NCBI GenBank assembly: GCA_963699755.1
Contig: CAVOVB010000006.1
Location: forward strand, 64,001-128,000
Source of the DNA: an uncultured delta proteobacterium
Lineage (GTDB): Bacteria > Myxococcota_A > Polyangia > Polyangiales > Houyiibacteriaceae
DNA: 64,000 nucleotides
Reading direction: 5' to 3'
Both the position numbers and the translations under genes were made by a program. The number at the start of each line of letters is the position of its first letter. The stretch's first letter is position 1. Below, piece by piece: positions 18,359-31,180 of the stretch. Below the pieces are notes generated by a model, which worked only from the letters and a program-made list of their open reading frames with translations, was not told the DNA's origin and made no database searches.

Positions 18359-18440
18359 GATCCGATCATTTTGACACGAACCGCGGCGCCGTGCTTCCTC
18401 TGCTGTTCAGAAGGCAGCCCGGGTGTTAAGGTGCGCGCCC

Positions 18441-19789
18441 GTGAAGCGATTTCGGCGTCTTTTCATCGCGAACCGAGGCGAGGTTGCTGCTCGAATCGCA
18501 AAGACTTGTGACCGGCTCGGGATCACGCCGGTCTTTGGTGTCTCCGAGGCCGACCGCACGGCGCCCTATCTGCGCGGCCGTGAGTCGGTGCTGCTCGGCC
18601 CCGCGAGATCGAGCGAGAGCTATCTCGCGAGGGAGCGCATCGTCCAGGCCGCGGTCCAGACCCAGTGCACTGCGCTTCATCCAGGCTGGGGCTTTCTCGC
18701 CGAGGATCCCCTCTTTGCCTCTCTCTGCCAAGCGCACGGGGTGACCTTCATCGGCCCGCCCGCCGCGGTGATGCAGAAGCTCGGCCGCAAGACGCCGGCG
18801 AAGGCGGCGATGGCAGCGGCAGGTTTGAAGGTGATCCCCGGGAGCGACGGCGTCTTGCAGGACCTCGACGAGGCGCGCGAGGTTGCAAATGCCACCGGGT
18901 TCCCCGTCTTGCTCAAGGCGGAGAGCGGCGGTGGCGGCCGCGGGATGCGCATCGTCCGAGAGGCGAGCGGCGTCAAAGAGGCCTATGATTCGGCGCAGGC
19001 TGAATCGCTCGCGTCTTTTGGGGACGACCAGCTCTATCTCGAGAAGCTCATAGAAGGTGGGCGCCACATCGAGATCCAGCTGCTTGCCGACAAGTACGGC
19101 CGGGTAGTCCACCTCGGAGAGCGAGACTGTTCGGTGCAACGCAAGCACCAAAAGCTCATCGAGGAGTCGCCAGCTCTGGTCTTGAGCGATGCCGAACGCG
19201 AGCAGACGCTGGCCGCCGCCGTGCGTGCCACGAGCGCGATTGGTTACGTCGGAGCTGGCACGATGGAGTTTCTCCTCGACGAGCGCGGCGAGCTTCGGTT
19301 CATGGAGATGAACGCGCGCCTGCAAGTGGAGCATCCGGTCTCCGAGATGCGCACCGGCATCGACCTCGTCGAGGCGCAGATTCGGATTGCTGGGGGCGAA
19401 CCGCTCTGGTTTGTGCAGGAAGACGTCGAGCTACGGGGTCACGCGATCGAGTGCCGCATCAATGCTGAGGATCCATCCATGGGATTCGCGCCGAGCCCTG
19501 GGCTGATCGAACGATGGAAAGTCTCGCTCGGGGGGGACGAGAACGTCCGGGTCGATACCCACGTCGAGTCCGGCTACGAGGTCCCTTCCTACTACGATAG
19601 CCTGATCTGTAAAGTGATCGCCTGGGGTCAGGACCGCGAAGCGGCCTGCAATCGTCTGAGCAGAGCATTGAAGGGCATCCGCTGCGATGGCATCTCGACT
19701 ACGATCCCGATGCACCTAGCTGTCCTGGGTTCGGAAGAGTTCCGAGAGAATAGGTACGACACGCGCGCCGTGCCGGGGTGGGAGAGCTG

Positions 19790-19790
<1 letters not shown>
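18441..19790 (+). CDS. Biotin carboxylase subunit of an acyl-CoA carboxylase
   Basis: [51 protein letters not shown]. Confidence 0.93.
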
Positions 19791-21516
<1,726 letters not shown>

Positions 21517-21520
<4 letters not shown>

Positions 21521-22107
21521 GCGCGGAGGGCTACATTCTGCGTGCGCGGGCTGTTGAGGGAGACGCGAGCGAGCTCTTGTCCCCGAGCGTTGGGGTGTTC
21601 ACGCCCGGGGTCAGCGAAGGGGAGCTGGTCTCTTCGGGTCAGGCGGTGGGAACGATCGATGTTCTTGGGGTGCTGCGTCGGCTCGCGGTTCCCGAGGGGG
21701 TCGCGGGTCGAGTCACCGGCCGGGCCGGTGGAGGCCGATCGCGCGTTCCCGTTCAGTATGGAGATGTCTTGCTCACCGTTTCGACCGCGCTGATGCAGAA
21801 CATAGCCAAGGCCTTTACCTCCGTGACTGCCGAGCAAGATGGCGCGCTTGCGTTTACCGCGCCCATGAGCGGCCGCTTCTACAGCCGGCCCTCTCCCACC
21901 GAGCCGCCGTTCGTCTCCGCAGGCGAGATCGTGCAGCGCGGCCAGACGGTGGGCCTGCTCGAGGTGATGAAGACGTTCAATCGCTTGGTGTATCAAGGTG
22001 ATGCCTTGCCAGAATCCGCGAGGGTGGAGAAGGTCGTGCCAAACGAGGGCGATGACGTAGTCCGTGGCGACGTCATCCTGGCGCTCGGCTCTTCGACTGA
22101 GAGTTGA
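21517..22107 (+). CDS. Biotin carboxyl carrier protein with tandem biotinyl-like domains
   Basis: C-terminal APMSGRFY...EVMKTFN biotinylation site; N-terminal homologous domain SPSVGVF...IDVLG...VQYGDVL without the Lys. Confidence 0.8.
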
Positions 22108-22126
22108 AGTGTTTTCAAACGGTTGC

Positions 22127-23074
22127 ATGGCTAGATCGTGTCCCCTGCTGCTACTGCTGCTCGGTTGCAGCTCGGCGGCGCCCGTGGGGGACCCGAGCGT
22201 CGCGTCGGAGCTCAAGAGTTTTGTGTTCAAGCATGACGGGATCGTTCGTGACGTCGGGATTTTCGATCCGGCATCGCGCGTGGCCTCGGCGCTCCGGCCG
22301 CTGGTCCTGGTCCTGCACGGTGGTCTCGGGGACGATGACGACACGGTCGCTTTGAGCTTTGGCAAGCTCAATCGGCTCGCGGCGGAGGATGATTACCTAG
22401 TCGTTTACCCCCAAGGCATTGGCGGGCATTGGAACGATGGTCGCAACGTGGAGCGCTACGTCGCCCAACGGGAGCGCGTCAACGACGTCGACTTTCTGAC
22501 CAAGTTGATCGACGAGCTCGTCGAGAAGCGCGCCGTCGACCCGGATGCGGTGTTCATCGTGGGGGTGTCCGATGGCGCGATGATGGCGCACCGGTTCGCA
22601 TGTGAGCGGACGAACAAGCTTCGGGCCTTCACCGCGGTGATCGGCGCCATGCCCTACAACGTGGCGCGGAAGCGCGGCCGTTGCGGCAAAGAAGCGCTCT
22701 CGGTCCTGATGATCAATGGGACTGAAGACCCGGTGGTGCCCTGGGGCGGCGGACTCGTCCAGTTTGACGGACAGAAGCTCGGCAGAGTGCTCTCCGCAGA
22801 AAAGACATTCTCCTTTTGGAAGCGCCACGCAGCCTGTACGGGAGACGAGGCTTCGCTGATTCCTGACTTCGTTCCCGATGATGGCACGCGCATCGAGCGC
22901 ACCAAGGCAAGCAATTGCCGCAACAGCGTCAAGATCGAGCTCTTCGCGGTCCGCGGCGCCGGTCACACCTGGCCCTCGGGCTGGCAATACCTGCCGGAGG
23001 CCCTGATCGGCGCGACGAGCCGGGACATCGACGCCTCGATTGCGACGTGGCGCTTCTTTCAGAGCACACTCTAG
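22127..23074 (+). CDS. PHB-depolymerase/LpqP-family esterase, probable lipoprotein
   Basis: Lipobox-like LLGC; LVLHGG, VYPQG, GVSDG nucleophile motif, GTEDPVVP, GAGHTWP. Confidence 0.8.
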   Translation: MARSCPLLLLLLGCSSAAPVGDPSVASELKSFVFKHDGIVRDVGIFDPASRVASALRPLVLVLHGGLGDDDDTVALSFGKLNRLAAEDDYLVVYPQGIGGHWNDGRNVERYVAQRERVNDVDFLTKLIDELVEKRAVDPDAVFIVGVSDGAMMAHRFACERTNKLRAFTAVIGAMPYNVARKRGRCGKEALSVLMINGTEDPVVPWGGGLVQFDGQKLGRVLSAEKTFSFWKRHAACTGDEASLIPDFVPDDGTRIERTKASNCRNSVKIELFAVRGAGHTWPSGWQYLPEALIGATSRDIDASIATWRFFQSTL

Positions 23075-23104
23075 CTCTCATCGCGATGGTGCTAAGCTCT
23101 GCCG

Positions 23105-24298
23105 ATGGTGAAGCCCAAGCTCGGCGACCGGGCCTTGTTTCCCAGGCTGGAAGCGACCGCGTACCTAGCCCACGCCGCCATTTCGCCCCTCTCCGCGCCG
23201 GTCTGTGAGCGCGTTCGAGAGGTGACCGAGGACTACGCCTCCGGTGGAATGGCAGGCTTCGTTCGCTGGGCGCCGCGGCTCCAGCAGGTGCGGGACAATC
23301 TCGCGGCGCTCATCTCCGCCTCTGCGAACGAGATCGCTATCGTGTCGAACACCACCCAGGGCGTGATCGACGTCGCCTTCGGTCTCCCCTGGTGCAAAGG
23401 CGACCGAGTCGTCCTCTTCGACGGCGAATTTCCGGCGAACGTGACCCCGTGGCAGCAGGCTGCGAAGACGTTTGCCTTGGAGCTTCGCTGGGTCTCGCTC
23501 GACCCCTTTCACCGCTCTGTCGACGAGGGCCTTGCTGCGCTCGAAGGCGTGCTGAAGCTCGGGATCCGCCTCGTGGCCGTGAGCGCAGTCCAATACAAGA
23601 CCGGGCTTCGAATGCCGCTCGCCCAGATGGCTGCGCTTTGTCACAAATACGACGCCGAGATCTTCGTCGATGCGATTCAAGCGCTCGGGGCGACCCCGGT
23701 CGATGTAACCTGGGGCATCGACTACCTCAGCTCGGGCAGTCACAAGCACCTGATGGGCGCCGAGGGCGCCGGCTTCTTGTACGTCGCCGAACGCTGTGCG
23801 GCGGCGATGAAACCACGGCTTGCCGGTTGGTTGGGCCACCAGGATCCGGCTGCCTTCTTGATCAGCGACGTGCCAAGGCTCCGCTACGACAACCCGCTCA
23901 AACAGGGCGCCCAGGCCTTCGAAATCGGGACCAGCAACGTGATCGGGCTTGCGGCGCTCGGAGCGTCACTCGAGCTTCTCCGTCAGCTCGGCGCGCCGGC
24001 CATTCACGCACATGTCGATGCGTATCTCGAAGGGCTCGAAGCGGGCCTCGTCGAGCTCGGGTTTCACAGTCATCGCGCCAAGGCGCCCGCGCTTCGCTCT
24101 ACGCTGCTCAGCGTGACCATCCCTGGCGACGTCCGCCTCTCGAAGCTTGCGGCAGCACTCCGCGATAGCGGGGTGGTCTGCAACACACCGGATGGCTTGA
24201 TGCGTTTTGCGCCCCACTGGCCGAACGCGCATCGGGAGGTTCCTCTTGTCCTCGATGCCGTAGGCCAGGCCCTGGCCGAGCTTCGAGCTGGAGCCTAG
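23105..24298 (+). CDS. Class V PLP-dependent aminotransferase / cysteine desulfurase-like protein
   Basis: YLAHAAISP, VDAIQALG, SHKHLMGAEG (PLP Lys), FEIGT. Confidence 0.85.
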   Translation: MVKPKLGDRALFPRLEATAYLAHAAISPLSAPVCERVREVTEDYASGGMAGFVRWAPRLQQVRDNLAALISASANEIAIVSNTTQGVIDVAFGLPWCKGDRVVLFDGEFPANVTPWQQAAKTFALELRWVSLDPFHRSVDEGLAALEGVLKLGIRLVAVSAVQYKTGLRMPLAQMAALCHKYDAEIFVDAIQALGATPVDVTWGIDYLSSGSHKHLMGAEGAGFLYVAERCAAAMKPRLAGWLGHQDPAAFLISDVPRLRYDNPLKQGAQAFEIGTSNVIGLAALGASLELLRQLGAPAIHAHVDAYLEGLEAGLVELGFHSHRAKAPALRSTLLSVTIPGDVRLSKLAAALRDSGVVCNTPDGLMRFAPHWPNAHREVPLVLDAVGQALAELRAGA

Positions 24299-24307
24299 GC
24301 ACGCCCG

Positions 24308-24826
24308 ATGGCTGCACAAAGCGACCGGAGCTTCTGGATCTTCAACGCCCTGATTTCCGCCGGTGCGGTCGGTTTCTTGGGCTGGCTCTTGCTTCTTCGG
24401 GAGGGCGGCGGCGTCGACGCGGACCTGAGCTTCATGCCAGGCGTCAACGCCACGCTGAACGCTACCTCCGCCGCGTTGCTCGTCTCGGGGCTCGTCGCGA
24501 TTCGAAACGGCCGCCGCGAGGTCCACAAGCGGCTGATGGTCTCCGCGTTCGCTGCCTCGGCGGTCTTTCTGGTGGGCTACGTATTCTACCACTACGCGCA
24601 TGGTGATACGCAGTATCGAGGCGAGGGGACGCTCCGCGTCTTCTACTTCGCGATTTTGATCAGTCACGTGCTTCTTTCGATCGCGATGCTCCCGATGATC
24701 TTGACGACGTTCTACTTGGCGGTGAGGGAGCGCTTCTCGGCGCACAAGCGGCTCGCCCGCTGGACCTTGCCGATTTGGCTATATGTCTCGGTCACCGGCG
24801 TCCTGATCTATTTCATGCTCCGCTGA
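24308..24826 (+). CDS. DUF420 membrane protein
   Basis: NATLN, HKRLM, ILISH, HKRLARWTLPIWLYVSVTG. Confidence 0.9.
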   Translation: MAAQSDRSFWIFNALISAGAVGFLGWLLLLREGGGVDADLSFMPGVNATLNATSAALLVSGLVAIRNGRREVHKRLMVSAFAASAVFLVGYVFYHYAHGDTQYRGEGTLRVFYFAILISHVLLSIAMLPMILTTFYLAVRERFSAHKRLARWTLPIWLYVSVTGVLIYFMLR

Positions 24827-24896
24827 CGCTGACTCCGGCACTGGCACTGGCACTGGCCCCGCTCATCCCCAACACTCCCTCCCCAGGAGGGTTTTG

Positions 24897-25145
24897 ATGG
24901 GAATCATCTCGTGGATCGTGTTCGGATTGCTCGCGGGCATCCTCGCCAAGTTCCTGATGCCTGGCGACGATGGCGGTGGGTTCATCGGGACGACCTTGGT
25001 CGGCGTCGCGGGCGCCATGGTCGGTGGCTTTGTCGGAACGGAGCTTGGATTCGGCGACGTGACAGGCTTCAACGTCAAGAGCTTCGCGATCGCGATTGCC
25101 GGAGCCGTAGCGGTCTTGTGGGTCTATCGAAGGCTGAAGAAATAG
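24897..25145 (+). CDS. GlsB/YeaQ/YmgE family small membrane protein
   Basis: MGIISWIVFGLLAGILAKFLMPG; AGGAGG SD. Confidence 0.9.
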   Translation: MGIISWIVFGLLAGILAKFLMPGDDGGGFIGTTLVGVAGAMVGGFVGTELGFGDVTGFNVKSFAIAIAGAVAVLWVYRRLKK

Positions 25146-25231
25146 GGGACGCGCGGCTACCCTTGAGAGCGGTGTTGTACCAATCACTCGACAAGCGCGT
25201 TAAGCGGTTCGCGTTCGGGACCGGGGCCCGC

Positions 25232-26947
25232 CTAGGGACGTCTCAGCCTCTGCACAGCGATCGACCCCTCGATGATCATCCAGATCAGCAAGACGAGCAA
25301 GAGCGAGGCCAGTGCGGTGAGCGGGGCATTGCCTTCGGCGAGAAACTGCTGAAGCTTGCTGATCAAGGCCAGGGCTGCGACCGGCATCACCAACAGCATC
25401 GGAATGACCAGTGGCCAGACCGGTCGCTTCCGAGCAAAGAAGTAGAGGGACAAGGTCATGAGCGTCAATGCGGCCAGCAGCTGGTTGCTCGCGCCGAAGA
25501 TCGGCCAAAGCACCCATCCGACCGCCTTGGCTTGCCCCGTGCTAGGGTCCGGGGTCTCGGCAAGCGCCAGATACATGGCAGGAACGACCGCGATGATCGT
25601 CGCAACGTACGGATTGGTCAGCGGCTTGATTCGAACAACCTCCCCCAGCTCGCTCAGGATGAAGCGCTGGATTCGCGTTGCGGTGTCGAGCGAGGTCGCT
25701 GCAAACGCGATCACCAAAACGGCCATCAGGGTTCGCGCCAGCTCCGACGATAAGCCGACTGCCTCGAGAAACGCGCCGCCGCCGAGCACGAAGGCGGCGG
25801 CTTTGTTGCCACCGGCGTGCGCCCAGTTGTCGTAGTAGACGGCCCAGCTCAGATCCTCGATCGCTCCTTGGCTGGGCAGTGCGCAGGCACCAACCAAACC
25901 AATGCCGGCAACCGCCGCCAGAGTGGAGGCAAGTGCGAGGGAGCCTTCGCCGAGCATTGCGCCGTAGCCGATCATCCGCGCGTCGGACAAGCGATCGATT
26001 TGTTTCGATGTCGTCCCGGACGAGACGAGCCCGTGGAAGCCGCTGATCGCGCCGCATGCAATCGTGACGAAAAGGATCGGAAAGATCGAGGGCGCCCCCG
26101 CTTCTGGGGATCGATACACTGGGGCGTCGAAGCTCGGATGCGCGATGAGAACGCCGAGGAACAAGAGCCCGAGCCCGACGAAGAGCTGATGGCTGTTGAT
26201 GTAGTCGCGAGGTTGCAGCAGCATCCAAACCGGAAGGAGGCTGGCGACCGCCGAGTACAGCAGGAGGAAGAAGATCCAAGCGGTCGTCACCATGTGCTTG
26301 TCGAAGCCCATTGCCACGAAGTCGACTGGCACTTCCGCCCCAACCCAGACGAAGAAGTACAGGACGGCAAGGGCGATCAGCGACGGCCAGAGGATCTTCA
26401 TTCGCCGCTTGTAGACCAGCCACCCGATGACGACCGCGACCGCGATTTGAATGTTGATCGGAATCACGCTGGTCGGCTGACTGACGAAGAGGCCTGCGAT
26501 CGCCATCGCGAAGACCGCGAGAACGAGCCAGATCAGCACGAGCACGAAGCACATGAAGAGAATTCGGGCCCGAGGGCTGATGGTCTTTGCGGTGATGTCC
26601 GCAATCGAGTGGCCCTTCTCGCGAATGCTGGCGACGAGCGCACCGAAATCGTGCGCGGCCCCCATGAAGATGGTCCCGAGGACGACCCACACGAGCGCAG
26701 GACCCCAGCCCCAGTAGGCCGCTACGCAAGGGCCGATGATCGGGGCGGCGCCTGCGATTGAGGTGAAGTGGTGTCCGAAGAGCACCGCTCGTTGTGTGGG
26801 CACGAAATCAACGCCGTCGTCGAGCTCGTGCGCCGGCGTGACGATGTCGTCCTGATCCTCGAAGACGCGCTCACCGAGGAATCGCGCGTAGAAGCGATAC
26901 GCGATCAAGAATGCGCCCAGGACCAGAGCTGCCGCCACCGCCGCCAT
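25232..26947 (-). CDS. cstA: Carbon starvation protein A (peptide/pyruvate transporter)
   Basis: TPAH..DGVDFVP, GHHFTSIAGAAPIIGP, LLQPRDY, TIACGAISGFH, TSLDTATR. Confidence 0.95.
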   Translation of the reverse strand: MAAVAAALVLGAFLIAYRFYARFLGERVFEDQDDIVTPAHELDDGVDFVPTQRAVLFGHHFTSIAGAAPIIGPCVAAYWGWGPALVWVVLGTIFMGAAHDFGALVASIREKGHSIADITAKTISPRARILFMCFVLVLIWLVLAVFAMAIAGLFVSQPTSVIPINIQIAVAVVIGWLVYKRRMKILWPSLIALAVLYFFVWVGAEVPVDFVAMGFDKHMVTTAWIFFLLLYSAVASLLPVWMLLQPRDYINSHQLFVGLGLLFLGVLIAHPSFDAPVYRSPEAGAPSIFPILFVTIACGAISGFHGLVSSGTTSKQIDRLSDARMIGYGAMLGEGSLALASTLAAVAGIGLVGACALPSQGAIEDLSWAVYYDNWAHAGGNKAAAFVLGGGAFLEAVGLSSELARTLMAVLVIAFAATSLDTATRIQRFILSELGEVVRIKPLTNPYVATIIAVVPAMYLALAETPDPSTGQAKAVGWVLWPIFGASNQLLAALTLMTLSLYFFARKRPVWPLVIPMLLVMPVAALALISKLQQFLAEGNAPLTALASLLLVLLIWMIIEGSIAVQRLRRP

Positions 26948-27030
26948 TTGTCGCGTTGGTGGGCTTTTTTCCGATTTCGGTCAAGCACAATCCCACTTTC
27001 CTTTGCGATGAAAGACGCTAAGGTCCCGGC

Positions 27031-28092
27031 ATGAGTGGGACCTTCCGACCTCATGGCGTCTGGACCGCGTTGGCAACTCCGTTTTCGACGGACAAGCAGG
27101 TCGACTACGACTCGTTGCGTCGGCTGACCGATTTTCAGGTGCAAGAAGGTATCGACGGCGTGCTTCCTTGCGGCACCACGGGCGAGTCGCCGACCCTTTC
27201 ATGGCAAGAGCACGACGCCGTCGTCGACGCGGCGATTCGAGCCGTCGACGGACGCGTGGGTGTCTTGGCGGGTGCTGGTAGCAACAACAGCCAAGAAGCG
27301 ATTCGGGCCACGAATCAAGCCAAAGAAGCCGGTGCCAACGCAGCGCTGCTCGTGGATTGCTACTACAATGGCCCTTCGAGCCTGGAGCTGCGCACGGAGT
27401 ACTACGAACGAATCCTCGAGAGCGTTCCGGGCATTCCGGTCGTTCCCTACGTGATTCCGGGTCGCACAGGCTGTGCGCTTTCCGCGGCCGATCTCGCTGT
27501 CTTGCATCTAAACGATCCAAAGCGCGTACCCGCGGTCAAGCAAGCTACGGGCGACCTCGAGCGCATGCGCCTGGACCGCAAGCTTGCTGGGCCTGCCCTG
27601 AGCATTCTCTCGGGCGACGACGACCTCACGCTCACGATGATGCGCGACGAAGAGATTCGCGGCTGCGGCGTCATCAGCGTGCTGTCGAATATCGCACCGG
27701 GCGCCATCGGCTCCATGGTTCGCGCTCAAGTCGCGGGAGACATCGAAGAGACGGAGCGGCTCGCCAACGCACTTGCTCCCGTGCTCCGGCTGGTCAACTG
27801 CTCGGTGACTTCGGTGCGGACGCTTCCGAACGGGCAAAGCGTCGATGTGACTGACAAGTTCCGAAACCCGGTCCCGCTCAAGACCATGATGGCTGGGCTC
27901 GGCATGGTCTCCTCGGCCATGCGCCCACCTCTCGGGCGGATGAGCGCAACGGCCGTCGCGCAGTGCCGGGACGCCTTGCGCGAGGTTCACAGCGCCGACC
28001 CCGGCATTCTCGGCCCAATCGAGGACGCGTTCGACGTGCGAATCGATCAGCGACTCGGAGACGACGCAAGATGGTCGGCGCTGACCCGTTGA
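27031..28092 (+). CDS. dapA: 4-hydroxy-tetrahydrodipicolinate synthase (long variant)
   Basis: [22 protein letters not shown], Schiff-base Lys in VKQATG, SGDD, NPVPLK; dapB nearby. Confidence 0.85.
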   Translation: MSGTFRPHGVWTALATPFSTDKQVDYDSLRRLTDFQVQEGIDGVLPCGTTGESPTLSWQEHDAVVDAAIRAVDGRVGVLAGAGSNNSQEAIRATNQAKEAGANAALLVDCYYNGPSSLELRTEYYERILESVPGIPVVPYVIPGRTGCALSAADLAVLHLNDPKRVPAVKQATGDLERMRLDRKLAGPALSILSGDDDLTLTMMRDEEIRGCGVISVLSNIAPGAIGSMVRAQVAGDIEETERLANALAPVLRLVNCSVTSVRTLPNGQSVDVTDKFRNPVPLKTMMAGLGMVSSAMRPPLGRMSATAVAQCRDALREVHSADPGILGPIEDAFDVRIDQRLGDDARWSALTR

Positions 28093-28099
28093 GTGGACC

Positions 28100-29137
28100 G
28101 TGTACAAGGCGCTAATTCGCCCGTTGCTGTATTTGCTTCCCGCGGAGGCAGCTCATCATTTGGCGTTTGGCTGCCTGCGATTGCTCGCGGCGATTCCTGG
28201 CGTGCTCACGCTCATGCGGCGCGTGTTTCACGACAACGGCGATGGGGTTCGTGTCCAAGCGCTCGATCTTGAATTCCCGAACCCGGTCGGCTTGGCTGCA
28301 GGATTCGACAAAGACGCGATCGGCTACGAGGCCTTGGGTGCGATGGGCTTCGGCTTCGTCGAGGTGGGAACACTGACCGGGCAGGCCCAGCCGGGTAACC
28401 CGAAGCCGCGCTTGTTCCGGCTTCAGAAGGATCGGGCGCTCGTGAACCGAATGGGCTTCAACAATCATGGCTCCGCTGAGGCGGTGGCTCGTTTGCAGCG
28501 TCCGCATCAGACGATTGTTGGGGTCAACATCGGAAAGACCAAGCTCGTCCCCGAAGAGCAAGCGATAGGCGACTATGTCGCAAGCGCCAGGAGAGTGGGC
28601 CCGTACGCCGACTACGTCGTGGTCAACGTGAGCTCGCCCAACACCCCGGGTCTACGCAACCTACAAGCCACCGAAAAGCTGCGTCCGCTGCTCGCAGCAG
28701 TTCGTGAAGCACTTAATGAAGTATCTCCGACGCGGCGAGTCCCTTTGCTGGTCAAAATCGCCCCCGACTTGGCCGATGAGGACCTTGACGCAGTAGCGGA
28801 CCTTGCCCTCGCGCTCAGCCTCGACGGGATCATCGCCACCAACACGACGATCTCGCGCGACGGGCTCGTGAGCTCCGCCGACGATGTCGAACGTTGCGGC
28901 GCCGGTGGCCTGAGCGGTCCGCCGCTGCGAGAGCGCTCGATGGAAGTGCTTCAGCGATTGCGGGCCAGAGTCGGCGACCGACTCGTGCTGATCTCGGTCG
29001 GCGGCATCGAAACGCCTGAGCAAGCCCTGGAGCGGATTCAGGCCGGAGCGACGCTGGTGCAGATCTATACGGCGTTCGTGTACGAGGGGCCGTGGCTGCC
29101 GAGCCGGCTGGCGCGGGGGATCGCGGGACAGGGGTAG
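28100..29137 (+). CDS. pyrD: Quinone-dependent dihydroorotate dehydrogenase
   Basis: [45 protein letters not shown]. Confidence 0.95.
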   Translation: MYKALIRPLLYLLPAEAAHHLAFGCLRLLAAIPGVLTLMRRVFHDNGDGVRVQALDLEFPNPVGLAAGFDKDAIGYEALGAMGFGFVEVGTLTGQAQPGNPKPRLFRLQKDRALVNRMGFNNHGSAEAVARLQRPHQTIVGVNIGKTKLVPEEQAIGDYVASARRVGPYADYVVVNVSSPNTPGLRNLQATEKLRPLLAAVREALNEVSPTRRVPLLVKIAPDLADEDLDAVADLALALSLDGIIATNTTISRDGLVSSADDVERCGAGGLSGPPLRERSMEVLQRLRARVGDRLVLISVGGIETPEQALERIQAGATLVQIYTAFVYEGPWLPSRLARGIAGQG

Positions 29138-29168
29138 CGACAGATGCAGTGCCAGGGCTGAGCCGAGC

Positions 29169-29720
29169 TCATGCGTGGTCTTTGGTGTCCGCGAGCTGGG
29201 CTAAGTCTCGGATCATCCGGATGGTGATGGCAACGACCAGGAGCAGATACGCGACCATGATCACGATGAACAGGTCGTTTGCGAAATTGGTCTGCTCGAG
29301 GTTTGCCTCGATGGCGAGCTCGACGGCCAGCGCCAAGAGCGCGGCGGTCAATAGCCCGATCCAAGCCATCGGGGCGGCGATGCGATCCATCGCGACATCG
29401 CGCCGCTCGTCCGTTGCGAGCCAGTAGTCGCGATTCGGAATGTTGAGCCAGCGCGCTGGGAGCCGTTTCAGCATCCCCGCGGCCGCAAACACGAGCGCGA
29501 CGCTTCCGCCCACCGATGCCGTCAAGAACCAGAAGAACGGCCCCTTTGACATGTAGTCGTTCGGTCTGCCTCCCGCGCCGAAATGAGAGGCCACCGTCTC
29601 GGGCAGCTCCGACCAAACCAAGGCGACGCGCAGCATCAGCGCGATGGTGATGACGAGCGTGAGCAGCAAAGGCCCACGAATCGCGCCCGAGCCCCGCCTC
29701 GTCGTAGGTTCGTTCGTCAT
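29169..29720 (-). CDS. DUF1648 domain membrane protein
   Basis: LPETVASHFGAGGRPNDY motif, NIPNRDYW, four TM helices. Confidence 0.8.
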   Translation of the reverse strand: MTNEPTTRRGSGAIRGPLLLTLVITIALMLRVALVWSELPETVASHFGAGGRPNDYMSKGPFFWFLTASVGGSVALVFAAAGMLKRLPARWLNIPNRDYWLATDERRDVAMDRIAAPMAWIGLLTAALLALAVELAIEANLEQTNFANDLFIVIMVAYLLLVVAITIRMIRDLAQLADTKDHA

Positions 29721-29872
29721 GATGTCCGCCTAGCTAGAGGGTAGCGAACTCAGAGAGCTGTGGGTAGGTCTCGCCTGCGCTCCTGTAGGTGCCAGCGTCG
29801 GTGCCCGCATCAGCGCTCATGGCTGCTCTTGTCGTCTCGTGCGCGACGCTCTGAAGAGCTGCTGCCGCGGTG

Positions 29873-31135
29873 TCACTCCCGCGCGTCGACGAACGCCGCA
29901 GCAACGGAGTCCGACCAGACGTTGACTGTCGTTCGGAGCATGTCGAGAATGCGGTCGACCGCGAGAATCAGGGCGACCGCGCTCGTCGGTAGGCCGACTG
30001 CATTCAGGACGACGACCATCATGACCATGCCAGCATGCGGGATCCCCGCTGCACCGACGCTGGCAAGCAGTGCCGTCACAGCGACGAGGCCCTGCTGCGC
30101 GATCGTGAGGTCGATCCCGTATACCTGGGCGATGAAGAGAACCGCGACGGCTTCGTAGAGCGCGGTGCCATCCATGTTGATCGTCGCGCCAAGGGGGAGT
30201 ACGAAGGAGCTCACCTCTGGCCGAACGCCTGCCTTTTCGACGTTTTCCATCGTGAGAGGGAGGGTGCCGTTGCTCGACGCGGTGCTGAAGGCGGTCACCA
30301 GAGCGGTCATGAGCTGTCGGGCGTACGCGATCGGCGAACGGCCCGTGCCGAGCTTCAAGATGGTGGGCAGGGTGATCATCGCGTGGACCATCAGCGCGAT
30401 GAAGACGGTGAAGACGTACCAGCCCAGGACGCGAAATGCCCCTGGGCCTTTGCCGGCCGCCGCGTATAGGGTGAATCCAAACACACCGATCGGTGCGAAC
30501 TTCACCACGAAGAGCGTCATCTGCATCATCACGTCGAAAAGCCCGGAGAAGAAGCGTCGCACGACGTGCGCGTCCTTCGATCCTTCGCGGTGCTCGGCGA
30601 TCCCGATGAACACGCCGATGAGGAGTGCGAAGAAGATCACCGGGAGCATGTCGCCCTGGGTTGCGGCGGCGAGTGGGTTCTTGGGGATCAGGCTTTCGAA
30701 TTGTTCCCAGAGGACGACCCCGATGCTGCTCGGGGCCTCGGTCAAGAGCGGGTTTGTCGCGGCCCCTTCTTCGAGCATGGCGAGCTTGGCGCCTTCGCCC
30801 GGCCGGATGATGTTCACCATCGCGATTCCCGTCACGATCGCGAGAGCGCTTGTCGCCAGATAGAAGCCGATCGCGCGCCCGCCAATGGAGCCCAGGGTCC
30901 GGAGGTCGCCCATCCCGGTCACGCCGGTGATCAGCGAAGAGATGATCAGAGGAACCACGAGCATCTGGAGGAGCCTGAGGAACAGGTCGCCTATCGCCTT
31001 GCCAGCCATCGCGGCCTTGCCGACAATCTCGGTGTCAACCATGCCCTGGCCGCCGGCCCAGTTCAGGCCTAGCCCGAGGGCTGCACCTAGCCCCATGGCG
31101 ATCAGGATCCAATGGTGGAGTTGCAGTCGCTTCAC
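29873..31135 (-). CDS. Dicarboxylate/amino acid:cation symporter (DAACS)
   Basis: AFSTASSNGTLP, LGATINMDG, VDRILDMLRT. Confidence 0.93.
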   Translation of the reverse strand: MKRLQLHHWILIAMGLGAALGLGLNWAGGQGMVDTEIVGKAAMAGKAIGDLFLRLLQMLVVPLIISSLITGVTGMGDLRTLGSIGGRAIGFYLATSALAIVTGIAMVNIIRPGEGAKLAMLEEGAATNPLLTEAPSSIGVVLWEQFESLIPKNPLAAATQGDMLPVIFFALLIGVFIGIAEHREGSKDAHVVRRFFSGLFDVMMQMTLFVVKFAPIGVFGFTLYAAAGKGPGAFRVLGWYVFTVFIALMVHAMITLPTILKLGTGRSPIAYARQLMTALVTAFSTASSNGTLPLTMENVEKAGVRPEVSSFVLPLGATINMDGTALYEAVAVLFIAQVYGIDLTIAQQGLVAVTALLASVGAAGIPHAGMVMMVVVLNAVGLPTSAVALILAVDRILDMLRTTVNVWSDSVAAAFVDARE

Positions 31136-31180
31136 GAGCGCGCATTATGCGGACGCCCTCCTTCGATGTAAAACCAAGCC

